Below are positions 1 through 8,320 of a stretch of 24,000 nt of DNA, piece after piece (position 1 is the stretch's first letter; each line of letters begins with the position of its first letter). Made by a program: the position numbers and the translations under genes. This stretch comes from Pseudomonas phage vB_Pa-PAC6. The stretch lies in the sequence record PP408253.1. One strand, written 5' to 3'. The notes under the pieces were generated by a model that saw only the letters and a program-made list of their open reading frames with translations, was not told the DNA's origin and did not search any database.

Positions 1-31
1 TTGTGCCTCACGCACGGTTCATATTGTAGCC

Positions 32-1240
32 TCAGAACTTTTCAGGGTCAAGGCCAGCCTTGCGGAAGGCGTCCGGCTTGCGCTCCGCGAGTTGGGACAG
101 GGTCAGCTCGTTGCCGGCCCGATCCACGAATTGATCCACATTCAGCCCGCCCTCCCGGAACAGCTTGGCCTTGGTCTTGCCCAGGACCTCATCCTGGAAG
201 CCCGCGGGCTGACGCTTCAAGAAGTCCTGATATGTGGTCGCCGCCGGAACCCGGCCCACGTTCTCCGCGGCCCAAGCCTTCCTGATGTCCTGGATCGGCT
301 TGCCCTGCTCCTTCGCCATCCGGCGGAAGTCGATTTCACGCTTGGCGCGGGTCCGGGTGTCCGTCACGGTCGGGCGATTGCCCAGAAGGCCCACGCCGTC
401 GATGTAGGCGACCATCACCGACCGGCAGTTGAAGTGGGCCGGGGGCTTCGCGTCCTTGGGCTGGAGCAGGGGGATGTCCGCGGGCAGCTCATTGTCGCCC
501 ACGGGGCTCCCGTGGCCGTCCCGGGCGCGGCATACAGCCGTGGTCCGACCGTCCAGCGTGCTCACCCAGACCTTCGCCGTGATGATGTCGCTGTTGGCGT
601 CCCAGACGTAGCCCCGCGCGGTGTTGGACACGTGGTTCACCGCGGTGCGGACGATCCCCTGGGCGTCCCGCCGGGTCATCGACAGGATGCCGTCCGCATA
701 GGCGTTCTTGCGCGTCCCGACCACCCGCCGCACGATGTCGTCAATGGGCTCCCCGTTCGTCATCCCGAGCTGAAGGGCCGTGGTCAGCCGCTGCTGGTCC
801 ACCGCCTCCAGGGTGCTGAACCAGTCCCGGAGGAACCGGCCCTGGAACGGGCGGGAGGTGGCGATGGCCCGGAGCTGGTCCGCGTTCACCGCCATGAAGC
901 CCACCTCAATCGTGATGGAGGACTGCAGCAGGTCGATTTCGGCCTGGCCTTCGAGGACGGCGAGCTGCCCGAGTTCGTCCCGCACCAGGGTCTTGTACTC
1001 CGCGAGGGCCGCGGCCCGGGCTCCGCGGATGTCCGTGAGCAGAGCCTTCCAGCGTTCGCCGGTGAAGTCCAGGTCACGGCCCTCGAAGCGGGCGAGCCGG
1101 GTGCGCAGGCGTTCGGTCAGGTCGCGGTCCGCCTCCTCCAGGAGACGGGCGACCCGCTTGGTGACGCCCGCGGTGTAGCGGCGCAGGTCGATTTGGTGAC
1201 GCAGCGCGGCGTCCCTGTATTCTTCGTTAAATGTCGCCAT
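32..1240 (-). CDS. Phage minor head / head morphogenesis protein, MuF (SPP1 gp7)-like
   Basis: 402 aa ORF. C-terminal region 'VWVSTLDGRTTAVCRARDGHG...PAHFNCRSVMVAYI' matches the Cys/His-containing C-terminal motif of MuF-like minor head proteins. Lies downstream of TerL and portal. Confidence 0.88.
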   Translation of the reverse strand: MATFNEEYRDAALRHQIDLRRYTAGVTKRVARLLEEADRDLTERLRTRLARFEGRDLDFTGERWKALLTDIRGARAAALAEYKTLVRDELGQLAVLEGQAEIDLLQSSITIEVGFMAVNADQLRAIATSRPFQGRFLRDWFSTLEAVDQQRLTTALQLGMTNGEPIDDIVRRVVGTRKNAYADGILSMTRRDAQGIVRTAVNHVSNTARGYVWDANSDIITAKVWVSTLDGRTTAVCRARDGHGSPVGDNELPADIPLLQPKDAKPPAHFNCRSVMVAYIDGVGLLGNRPTVTDTRTRAKREIDFRRMAKEQGKPIQDIRKAWAAENVGRVPAATTYQDFLKRQPAGFQDEVLGKTKAKLFREGGLNVDQFVDRAGNELTLSQLAERKPDAFRKAGLDPEKF

Positions 1241-1814
1241 TTCTCAGTACCTTCTGGATTGCATCCCAACCCAGGCCGGTCTTTTCCTGGGCTGCTTTGA
1301 TTGAGGGATAGGTCACCCCGTCCAACGTGACTGGGCGAGCCCGCAAGGAGTTCCCCCGCTTCGCTTCCGCCATCTTCGCTCGCGTCTCCGGGGTGATTAT
1401 CCGACCCCGGCACTGCTCCGAGAAGCGTTGCCGGGCGTCCTCCTTCCACTTCGACCCCAGGACGGCCTGCCGTTGGCGCTCCCGGGACTCCGGCGACATG
1501 CGATAGCCGGGCGTGCCTTCACCCCCTTCGGTCAAGTTGTAGCCGTTGGGCTTCCTGGTCCCGAAGGCTTGAATGGCCCTTTGTTCCAACTCGCAAAGGT
1601 AGTCCCAGTCATCCGCGATCACCAAGACTTCAAGTTGCGCCTGGCCCGGGTACTTGTTCAGGGCGTGGTGGAGCAGCGAGCCTCCCCGGGGCTTCTCCCG
1701 CTTCAAGCGGCCCGCCTCTGAACAATGGTCCTTGAACCGGGCCTGAGCTGTCTGGGTCGTGATGCCCAAGTAGGCTTTCCCGTTGGGGAAGGACACGCGG
1801 TACAGGCACCCCAT
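1227..1814 (-). CDS. Free-standing GIY-YIG homing endonuclease with C-terminal NUMOD-like DNA-binding repeats
   Basis: 195 aa. N-terminus 'LYRVSFPNGKAYLGITTQTAQARFKDHC' (GIY-YIG variant), 'ELEQRAIQAFGTRKPNGYNLTEGGEG', and C-terminus 'RPVTLDGVTYPSIKAAQEKTGLGWDAIQKVLRNG' (NUMOD/helix-turn-helix type). Overlaps the start of the MuF gene by 14 nt. Confidence 0.88.
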   Translation of the reverse strand: MGCLYRVSFPNGKAYLGITTQTAQARFKDHCSEAGRLKREKPRGGSLLHHALNKYPGQAQLEVLVIADDWDYLCELEQRAIQAFGTRKPNGYNLTEGGEGTPGYRMSPESRERQRQAVLGSKWKEDARQRFSEQCRGRIITPETRAKMAEAKRGNSLRARPVTLDGVTYPSIKAAQEKTGLGWDAIQKVLRNGDI

Positions 1815-1933
1815 CAGCGTTCCTCCGGCTCAGGCTTGGGTCCGTTCATGCCGAAGTGGATACAACGCCCGATCAACGGGGCGAGGACGATGCTCAGGAG
1901 GAGCCAAAGCCCCAAGAAGGGCCAGACGTTCAT
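1814..1933 (-). CDS. Small predicted single-pass membrane protein (39 aa)
   Basis: Manual translation MNVWPFLGLWLLLSIVLAPLIGRCIHFGMNGPKPEPEER. Hydrophobic N-terminal helix; ATGA overlap with the downstream GIY-YIG gene and overlap with the portal gene end. Confidence 0.5.
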   Translation of the reverse strand: MNVWPFLGLWLLLSIVLAPLIGRCIHFGMNGPKPEPEER

Positions 1934-3462
1934 GACTCACCTCCAGGATTTCCACCGCCTTCTCCACCTTCGCCGCCCTCGCCTTCGCCTTCGCCCTCAC
2001 CCTCCCCACCTTCGGGCGGGTTCTTCTGGGCCGGGTCCAGGTCCAAGCCAGCGCGGCCCATCGCCTCGCTGATTTCCTCCATCAGCTCCTCCCAGTCCTC
2101 ATCCTCATCGAAGTCCTCCGGGAGGACCCCGCGCAGGCGGAGGCCGTTCAGGTAGGTCTTGCGGCTGATGTCGCGCTTCTCGCGTGCGACTTGGAGGGCC
2201 TGAAGGCCCGGGGCGTCCATTTCCTCCAGGTCATAGTCCTTCACCAGCTCCACGGTGCCGCCGTTCGGCCCAAGGCGCATCCAGTCCGCGGTGATGTCCA
2301 GGGCCTGGGCCAGGGCGTCCTCGAACAGCCCAGTCATCGCGCTCAGGTCGCTGGTCGCCTCCGCGCTATCCAGCGCCCGGGCGGTCGCCGTCTGCCCGCC
2401 GGTCTTGCGCTTCAGGAACTCCGCGCCATAGCCCGCCATCTGCTCCTCAAGGTCCTTGAGGTCCGTGCGGCCCGCGGCGATGGCTTGGCCGGTGTGCTCC
2501 ACGTAGTAGAACCGGCCCGCCGGGTCCGGGTTGTACAGCACCTTGTTCGGCCCGACCACCACCGGGTCCGAGTCCTCCCCGGACGCCCCCGAGCAGGCGA
2601 GGATCGGGAAGCGGGAGACGGTGAGGATGTGGCGTTGGTCGGAGGCGGACTGCCAGTGCGCCACGTTGAGGTGAGCCAGGTCCAGGAGCGGGGGCTTGCC
2701 CATCATGAAGCCTTGGCGGTCCGCGTAGAAGGTGACCAGCGGGACGTAGTTCAGCCCCGTCGCCCACTCATCCACCAGCACCCACTCCTCCTTCTGGGCG
2801 TTGGACTTCTTCACCGGCTCCCAGAGCTGGACAAGGCCCGGCTCCAGGACGCGGATGCGGCGCTTGCAGACCTCCGCGAAGCCGTCCTGCTCCATGTAGT
2901 GTTCGATGATGCGGACGTGCTGGAGGACTTCGACCCCGTTGATCACCTCCGACCGGGCGAACAGCAGGCACTCCGGCTTGATCATCACCCAGTACGGGCG
3001 CAGGCCCTCCCGGCGGTCATCCGCCAGGGTCCGGGGTTGGCCGTCCTCCCGCGGGGCCGGGCGGGGCATGTCGATGAGGACGTGGCAGAGGGCCTTGGCC
3101 ATGCCTTCGCGGAACCACTGACGGGCGAACACGTCCAGGTTGTTCCCCTGGAGGTCCACGTCAGTCAGGATCGTCTCCTCAATCGCCTTGGGCACGTCCT
3201 CGTTGAGCTTGATCGGCTCGCTGAAGGGCTTGCCGCTCAGGGTGTCCAGCGTCTGTTCGACCATGTTGAGGAGGACGGCGGAGGCCAGGCGCTCCTGATA
3301 GCCCTTGTCCGTCTCCTCCTGGTGGCGGGGCAGGTACGTCTCGCCCGCCTCGCGCATTGCTTCGGTCCCGCCCAGCAGCGTCTCGATGACGTGCCAGCGC
3401 GGGAGCATCTGGTCATACGCCCCGCTGGTCGTGGCGGGGCTCTTTGGGTCTTTGTCGGCCAT
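1930..3462 (-). CDS. Phage portal protein (DUF4055-like)
   Basis: 'YLPRHQEETDKGYQERLASAVLLNMVEQTLDTLSGKPFSEPI...' is typical of DUF4055 portal-type proteins. Start at 3462 (MADKDPK) chosen over the longer ORF start at 3513 because CCAGGAGAACCGACC-ATG has a good RBS. C-terminus is Gly/Glu-rich. Confidence 0.85.
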   Translation of the reverse strand: MADKDPKSPATTSGAYDQMLPRWHVIETLLGGTEAMREAGETYLPRHQEETDKGYQERLASAVLLNMVEQTLDTLSGKPFSEPIKLNEDVPKAIEETILTDVDLQGNNLDVFARQWFREGMAKALCHVLIDMPRPAPREDGQPRTLADDRREGLRPYWVMIKPECLLFARSEVINGVEVLQHVRIIEHYMEQDGFAEVCKRRIRVLEPGLVQLWEPVKKSNAQKEEWVLVDEWATGLNYVPLVTFYADRQGFMMGKPPLLDLAHLNVAHWQSASDQRHILTVSRFPILACSGASGEDSDPVVVGPNKVLYNPDPAGRFYYVEHTGQAIAAGRTDLKDLEEQMAGYGAEFLKRKTGGQTATARALDSAEATSDLSAMTGLFEDALAQALDITADWMRLGPNGGTVELVKDYDLEEMDAPGLQALQVAREKRDISRKTYLNGLRLRGVLPEDFDEDEDWEELMEEISEAMGRAGLDLDPAQKNPPEGGEGEGEGEGEGGEGGEGGGNPGGES

Positions 3463-3519
3463 GGTCGGTTCTCCTGGTTCGCGGATTCTCGCCCGAAGGC
3501 GAGGACCCGGCAAGTTGTA

Positions 3520-5067
3520 TTACATGTTGCCCTGCTTGACGCCACGCAGCTTCTTGCGCACGCGGTAGCGGATCGCGTCACCAATGTGGTCCTCCGCCTC
3601 CGTGTTCACGTCATCCAGGTCCTTGTCGTCGCGGGGCAGCACAGGGACCGTCTCGATGGTCTGCTGACACCAGTCGAAGATGAACAGCCCAGGGACCTCG
3701 CGCGGTCCCCCGCCCGCCGGAGGCAACGCCCCCTTGAGCAGCTTGCGGATTTGCTCCCAGCCCTGCTTGCGCGAGCCTGGGCCCTTGTCCGCGGGCGTCC
3801 AGCGCACACCCTTCTTCTCCATGTCCACGGCGATGCTGTTGCCGTTCTCCACGTCGAAGATGGAGGAGTCAGCGGGGCCGGGCTTGACCCGACCTTCCAG
3901 CGCCCAGTCCTCCTCCCGGTCCTTCACCCCTTGGGCGACCTCCGAGGCGAGCATGCGGACGCCCTCGTTGCGCGTTCCGTTCCAGCCGTACCACTCCTGG
4001 ATCAGGTACAGATCGCCCCGCACCTTCCCGTACACGCGGCCATTCCACTCGAACGGCTCCCCATTCGACTCCGCCCACCACAGGACGGCGAAGGGCTTGG
4101 AGCTGCCCCAGTCGAAGCTGCGGTCAATCTTCCACCGCTTCGGGATCACAGACAGTGGGACGGAGGGCACCACGTGTACGTCCCCGCGGTAGATGTCGTC
4201 AAACATCCCTCCCGCGATGATGTCCCAGGAGCCGTGGAGCCAGGCGGCGAGTTCGGAGGGGTTCCGGGCCGCGGCTCGAATCTTGCTGATGTACTCCGGG
4301 TCAGCGTGGAGCAGGATTTGGTTCTCATAGATGGACCCGTGGATGGCGACCCGGGGCGGTTCGCGCTCGCCGTCTCGCATCGCGTCCAAGATCACCCGAC
4401 CGCGCATGTGGGGGAGGCGGAAGCGGGCCTTGACCCAGTTGTGGCCGGGGCCGTAGGGGTTGGTGGTCGCCCGGTAGCAGCGGGGCATCCCCGGCTTCGT
4501 GGAGCGGCAGCAGGACATCATGACGGTGTAGCACTTGTCATCGGCCCAGTTGCAGAGTTCTTCCCAGCCAATCCACGGGTATGCGTGGCCGTGGTAGTTC
4601 CAATAATCCTCCGGCGACTTCATGTGACGCAGCAGCAGCTCCTCGCCGTCCGGGAAGGTCCACTTGTGCTCCACCTTGTTGTACTTGGCCCCCGGGAAGA
4701 TGCGCTTGAACCACTTGTTGGTCTTGTTGATCACGTCCGACAGCTGGGGGTAGGTCTGACGGAACAAGATGCCGCGCCACTCCGACCCGTAGCCCTTCCC
4801 CACGTGCTGGAGGAAGTCCATCAGCAGGCAGTCGGTCTTGCCCGGGCCGCGCGTCCCCTCATACAGCACCTCGAAGATCGGGTGCGCCATGAGGAAGGCG
4901 AGCTGCGACCCGTACTGCGGGCACCAGGTCGCCTCCGACTCCTTCCCCGTCTCCGGGTCCACGTAGTAGCCCCGCAGCTCGCCGGGCTCCGCCTCGCGCC
5001 ACTCAATCGGGTAGTCCGGGCGGGCGGCGATGGCGACCGCCTTGCTCACTTCGGTCTGGGCGAACAT
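3520..5067 (-). CDS. Terminase large subunit
   Basis: Walker A-like 'YEGTRGPGKTDCLLMDFL', 'GILFRQTYPQLSDVI', 'WIGWEELCNW' (Walker B-like), nuclease-like 'IDRSFDWGSSKPFAVLW'. Start MFAQTEV at 5067 has a GGGGAGGG RBS and a TGATG coupling with the upstream gene. Confidence 0.92.
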   Translation of the reverse strand: MFAQTEVSKAVAIAARPDYPIEWREAEPGELRGYYVDPETGKESEATWCPQYGSQLAFLMAHPIFEVLYEGTRGPGKTDCLLMDFLQHVGKGYGSEWRGILFRQTYPQLSDVINKTNKWFKRIFPGAKYNKVEHKWTFPDGEELLLRHMKSPEDYWNYHGHAYPWIGWEELCNWADDKCYTVMMSCCRSTKPGMPRCYRATTNPYGPGHNWVKARFRLPHMRGRVILDAMRDGEREPPRVAIHGSIYENQILLHADPEYISKIRAAARNPSELAAWLHGSWDIIAGGMFDDIYRGDVHVVPSVPLSVIPKRWKIDRSFDWGSSKPFAVLWWAESNGEPFEWNGRVYGKVRGDLYLIQEWYGWNGTRNEGVRMLASEVAQGVKDREEDWALEGRVKPGPADSSIFDVENGNSIAVDMEKKGVRWTPADKGPGSRKQGWEQIRKLLKGALPPAGGGPREVPGLFIFDWCQQTIETVPVLPRDDKDLDDVNTEAEDHIGDAIRYRVRKKLRGVKQGNM

Positions 5068-5597
5068 CAGCTGCCCTCCCCGGTCGGACGGCCCACGGTC
5101 CCGCGGGCGAGGTCCCCAAACTGGTTCTGCCACTCGTTGATCGTGGCCGGAGCCCCCGGGACGATCAGCACGCCCCCGCCCGATCCGCTCTGGCTCATGC
5201 CCGATCCGTCCTTGTCCTTGAACTCCGGCTTGTGGGCGCGGAGCATCGCCAGCATCATCGAATCGCTGTACACCTTCTCATATGTGATGATCTCATCCTT
5301 GAACTTCCCGCCGATGATCGGGCGCTCCACGCCGTCCCGCGCCCGCTTCAGGGCCGGGGCAAACATGTTCTCGTCAATGAAGGCTTGCAGCGCGTCCTCG
5401 AAGGCTTCGGCAAACTCCGGGTCACGCTTCAGATGATCATACAAAGTGGTGATGGAGACGCCCACCGCCTCCGCGCAAAGGGCGCGGCACCCCTTCAACT
5501 CCGGGTGCGACCGGAACAGGTCCAGGAACTGCTGCTTGCGGTCCGAGGTGAAGGGCACCATCGGCTTCCGCTGAAGTTTCTCAATCGGGCGCATCAC
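5067..5597 (-). CDS. Terminase small subunit-like DNA-binding protein
   Basis: 176 aa with an HTH 'CRALCAEAVGVSITTLYDHLKRDPEFAEAFEDAL', directly upstream of TerL with translational coupling (TGATG). Confidence 0.75.
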   Translation of the reverse strand: MMRPIEKLQRKPMVPFTSDRKQQFLDLFRSHPELKGCRALCAEAVGVSITTLYDHLKRDPEFAEAFEDALQAFIDENMFAPALKRARDGVERPIIGGKFKDEIITYEKVYSDSMMLAMLRAHKPEFKDKDGSGMSQSGSGGGVLIVPGAPATINEWQNQFGDLARGTVGRPTGEGS

Positions 5598-5682
5598 GCT
5601 CCCCTCTCAGTGTACTGTTGGTCAATCGCGCATCACGCGGCGATCCGTCCCCGGCCTCACGCCCAAGGACATCCTTGCCGCG

Positions 5683-5711
5683 AGTATAGCGTGAGGTTGT
5701 ACATTAGCCAA
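5683..5711 (-). promoter_or_regulatory. Putative sigma70-like promoter for the packaging/head operon
   Basis: Minus strand TTGGCT - 17 nt - TATACT (-35 at 5706..5711, -10 at 5683..5688), upstream of terS (start 5597). An 8 bp inverted repeat CCTCACGC (5655..5662)/GCGTGAGG (5689..5696) flanks the -10. Confidence 0.55.
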
Positions 5712-5881
5712 GGGCGAGGGTCGCGCCCGCGGGAGTCGGTGAGCCCAGGTGTATGCTGGAGCGGATTGCCCAAGCAGGCACGCGGCGTCCTCCGCTTAGG
5801 TTCGAGGGGTCGCGCTTCACTTCCACGTCCGAAAAAGTAAAAAGTCAAGCGGGCAAAAAGGCCATATAAAACAGCCCTTTA

Positions 5882-5901
5882 TAGATAGATAGATAGATAG
5901 A
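5882..5901. repeat. Tetranucleotide tandem repeat (TAGA)x5
   Basis: tagatagatagatagataga(ta), followed by CTTA-rich sequence 'cttatcttacttaacttacttacctta' to ~5930. Forms an AT-rich island in a GC-rich genome. Confidence 0.9.
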
Positions 5902-6038
5902 TACTTATCTTACTTAACTTACTTACCTTAACCCCCTGGGAGCCCTTCGGACAGCCGGAAGCCTCAACAAGGATTCTCTTGGGCCGGTCCGCCGGGTCGA
6001 TTTGTCGGGCGAATTTATTTCAGGTAAGAATCCCAAGT

Positions 6039-6146
6039 AACCTAAGCGCAAGGTGCGGGAACCCCAGACGGGCTTGACTTCCCGCCACGCCTTGCTTCTT
6101 ACTTTTTCGGAGCCGAACCCAAGCGCACTTTCGTAACCCAAGCGCA
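6039..6146. repeat. Three short direct repeats AACCYAAGCGCA
   Basis: Copies at 6039..6050 (aacctaagcgca), 6116..6127 (aacccaagcgca) and 6135..6146 (aacccaagcgca), all in the non-coding junction. Confidence 0.7.
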
Positions 6147-6264
6147 CCCGGTCGAAGTGGAGAAGGCCCACAGACCATTCGGAGGTCGTGCGCGGTATGG
6201 TGGGGGAGGAGGAGGGAGCCCCGCCGGATTGCCGCCCGGCGGGGCATTGATCGTGAGGAGGGCT

Positions 6265-6516
6265 TCAGCGGCCTTCCATGTAGTCGAACACGGCCTGGTC
6301 GATGCGTTCGCGCTCCGCCTCCGTCATCTTGCGCTCCAGCCAGGGGGCGGGGCGTCCGCGGCGGTCGCGGACTTCCCATTCACCGCATCCGCCTTCCGCC
6401 GGGTAGCAGTATTCAGGGGGTCCGCTCACCTTCGCGGGCACGTAGGGCTCCCAGTAGGTGACCACGATCAGGCAGGGAATGCCGCTGATGCGCGACTCGA
6501 TTTCAGCCAGTGCCAT
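6265..6516 (-). CDS. Hypothetical phage protein
   Basis: 83 aa 'MALAEIESRISGIPCLIVVTYWEPYVPAKVSGPPEYCYPAEGGCGEWEV...'. RBS GGGGAGGTGAACCG-ATG; the 6615 start is less likely. Confidence 0.65.
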   Translation of the reverse strand: MALAEIESRISGIPCLIVVTYWEPYVPAKVSGPPEYCYPAEGGCGEWEVRDRRGRPAPWLERKMTEAERERIDQAVFDYMEGR

Positions 6517-6520
6517 CGGT

Positions 6521-6709
6521 TCACCTCCCCGGGATCGCCGGGAGCCGGACCCAGTGATCAGTCCCGGCTTCGTTGTCGCAGAGTCGCCACAGCGTGCCGT
6601 CCTCGCACTCGACAACCACTTGGCGGACCAGGTAGCCGTCGCGGGTCGTGCCCACGGAGGAGGTCATGGACCGCACGCGGCGGTCGGGCGGGGTGTTGGG
6701 CGTGTTCAT
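6521..6709 (-). CDS. Hypothetical protein
   Basis: 62 aa ORF packed end-to-end between neighbours on the same strand. Confidence 0.5.
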   Translation of the reverse strand: MNTPNTPPDRRVRSMTSSVGTTRDGYLVRQVVVECEDGTLWRLCDNEAGTDHWVRLPAIPGR

Positions 6710-7035
6710 GCGTCCTCCTCCGGCGGGTTCCCGCCTTCCGTCCCGTCGCAGAAGGTACAGCGGTCAGGACCCAGCGTGCTTTGTTGAAAGCCGGTCGCCT
6801 CGCAGGTCGGGCAGGTCCGGTTCTCCTCGAAGTCCTCCGCCGGGAAGGCGTGCCAGCCGTAGCCCAGGGCGTCCCGGGGCGGTTCCTTGGACTTGTCCGC
6901 CAGGATCGGGTCGCCGCTCCGGGTCAGGCTCCAGTCATCGAACTGCGCCACGACATGGCCGTGGGTCGCCTCGCGCAGCAGCGCGGTCTTGCCGATCAGG
7001 TGCGGGATCGGGCCGCGGTAGATTCCCCGCTTCAT
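6706..7035 (-). CDS. Hypothetical protein with C-terminal zinc-finger-like CxxC pair
   Basis: 109 aa; 'CPTCEATGFQQSTLGPDRCTFCDGTEGG'. Start MKRGIYRG at 7035 overlaps the upstream ORF stop. Confidence 0.6.
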   Translation of the reverse strand: MKRGIYRGPIPHLIGKTALLREATHGHVVAQFDDWSLTRSGDPILADKSKEPPRDALGYGWHAFPAEDFEENRTCPTCEATGFQQSTLGPDRCTFCDGTEGGNPPEEDA

Positions 7036-7409
7036 GCTCCGCCCTCCTTCGGCCCGGGGCACGGAGTGTCGATCAGCTCCGCTTCTCCCTTCCCGCAGCA
7101 GCGGCAGAGGTTCAGGACCACTTCCCCGTTGCGGTCTTTTATCGCGTCCGGGGCTCCTTCGTCCCCGGTCCGGTACAGGTCGTGCTCCGGCGGCTTCGGG
7201 CGGTTCGCTTCGTCCTCCCGGCGGCACATCTTCTGGTGCGTCTCCGTCATGCGCTTCAGGATGCGTTCCCGCTTTTCCCGGTCGCTCACGTACATGATGG
7301 AGTCCGCGATGCAGGCGGACAGGGGACCCTCGAAGTCAGCCCGCATCGTCTCCGTCCACAGCGTGACCTTCATGAAATTGACACGTTTGGCTTTGGTCGC
7401 CATAATCAC
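7032..7409 (-). CDS. Hypothetical protein
   Basis: 125 aa, overlaps both neighbours by a few nt. Alternative start MKVTLW. C-terminal 'CRCCGKGEAELIDTPC'. Confidence 0.6.
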   Translation of the reverse strand: MIMATKAKRVNFMKVTLWTETMRADFEGPLSACIADSIMYVSDREKRERILKRMTETHQKMCRREDEANRPKPPEHDLYRTGDEGAPDAIKDRNGEVVLNLCRCCGKGEAELIDTPCPGPKEGGA

Positions 7410-7702
7410 TTCCCCTTCTTGGGTCTTGGTTTCGACTTCGGCACCACGCGGGCGGAGCCGTTCTTGTAGGTCGTCACGCGGCAGAGGTCCAACGTGGCGG
7501 CGGGCACGTACCGGCGCAGCAGGGCCGCGTCGAAGCGGGAGGAGTAGCCCCGCCCGGCGACGTACAGGGCCAAGCGGTCGCCCTCCGTCCGTCCGGGAGC
7601 GAACTGTTGGGCGATCTTCGCCCGGCGGTCCTTCAGCCGCTTCATCTGCTCGCCCAGGTCGATGAACTCCTGGATCAGGGCGTCAGCCTTTGCGGGGGTC
7701 AT
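7406..7702 (-). CDS. Hypothetical protein
   Basis: 98 aa 'MTPAKADALIQEFIDLGEQMKRLKDRRAKIAQQFAPG...'. Start at 7702 fits a 4-nt overlap with the upstream gene. Confidence 0.6.
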   Translation of the reverse strand: MTPAKADALIQEFIDLGEQMKRLKDRRAKIAQQFAPGRTEGDRLALYVAGRGYSSRFDAALLRRYVPAATLDLCRVTTYKNGSARVVPKSKPRPKKGK

Positions 7703-8097
7703 GCTCCACCCTCCTTCGCCCAAGGGCAGTTCGGGGCCGTGTGGCCTTCCCCTCCGCACAGGGCGCAAGCCTTCAGGGTCGCGCGGACTTCGCCCGGGAC
7801 CTCGTTGAGCAGTTGGATCGCGTTGGCGTCCAGGGCGCTCGCGCCCCAGTTGAACTTCGGCAGGGCCTCCTCGAACAGGCGAGCGGCCCGGGCGAGGGTC
7901 GCCTGGGCGTCCGCCGGTCCGGGAACCTCCAGGAAGTGGCGGAAGATGTCCGCGGCGAGGAGGGCCGCGCCCTCCCGAGTCACTTGGACATAGCCCTGGT
8001 CACTCGTGATTTGGAGGCAGTAGCCACGGGCGTCTCCGCCATAGAACCCGGTCAGCTGGTAGCCTTCCCGGGGGCGGTTGATCAGGTCGGTGCTCAT
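7699..8097 (-). CDS. Hypothetical protein
   Basis: 132 aa; C-terminal zinc-knuckle-like 'CALCGGEGHTAPNCPW'. Confidence 0.6.
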   Translation of the reverse strand: MSTDLINRPREGYQLTGFYGGDARGYCLQITSDQGYVQVTREGAALLAADIFRHFLEVPGPADAQATLARAARLFEEALPKFNWGASALDANAIQLLNEVPGEVRATLKACALCGGEGHTAPNCPWAKEGGA

Positions 8098-8306
8098 CCT
8101 TCACCTCCCGGGGCGTTGCTCAGGGCTTCGTCCAGCTCGCGGCGGTCGATGGTCACCCCGACCTCCTCCAGCATGTCCGCGGCGAGTTCGAGGAGGGACG
8201 CCCGGGCGCGGGCTTCCGATCCGCCCAGGGGGTCGTTCACGTGTTCCGCGCAGTCGCGGAGGTCGTTGAGGGTGTTCTCCCAACGGCAGTAGCTCATGTT
8301 GGCCAT
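8094..8306 (-). CDS. Hypothetical small phage protein
   Basis: 70 aa 'MANMSYCRWENTLNDLRDCAEHVND...'. This 'MSYCRxENTxxDLxDC' start is recurrent in phage small proteins. Confidence 0.6.
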   Translation of the reverse strand: MANMSYCRWENTLNDLRDCAEHVNDPLGGSEARARASLLELAADMLEEVGVTIDRRELDEALSNAPGGEG

Positions 8307-8320
8307 GGTCGGGTTCTCCT

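Noticed and set aside
2191-5436. Plus-strand 1081 aa ORF
   Set aside because: Antisense shadow of the portal and terminase genes in GC-rich DNA. Composition is low-information (His/Arg/Leu/Gln-rich) with no domain, while the minus-strand frames have clear protein signatures.
5923-6171. Minus-strand 82 aa ORF in the junction region
   Set aside because: Its residues derive from the short repeats (GYESALGFG / LRLGYLGFL) and no strong RBS or family signature is seen. Treated as non-coding but not excluded.
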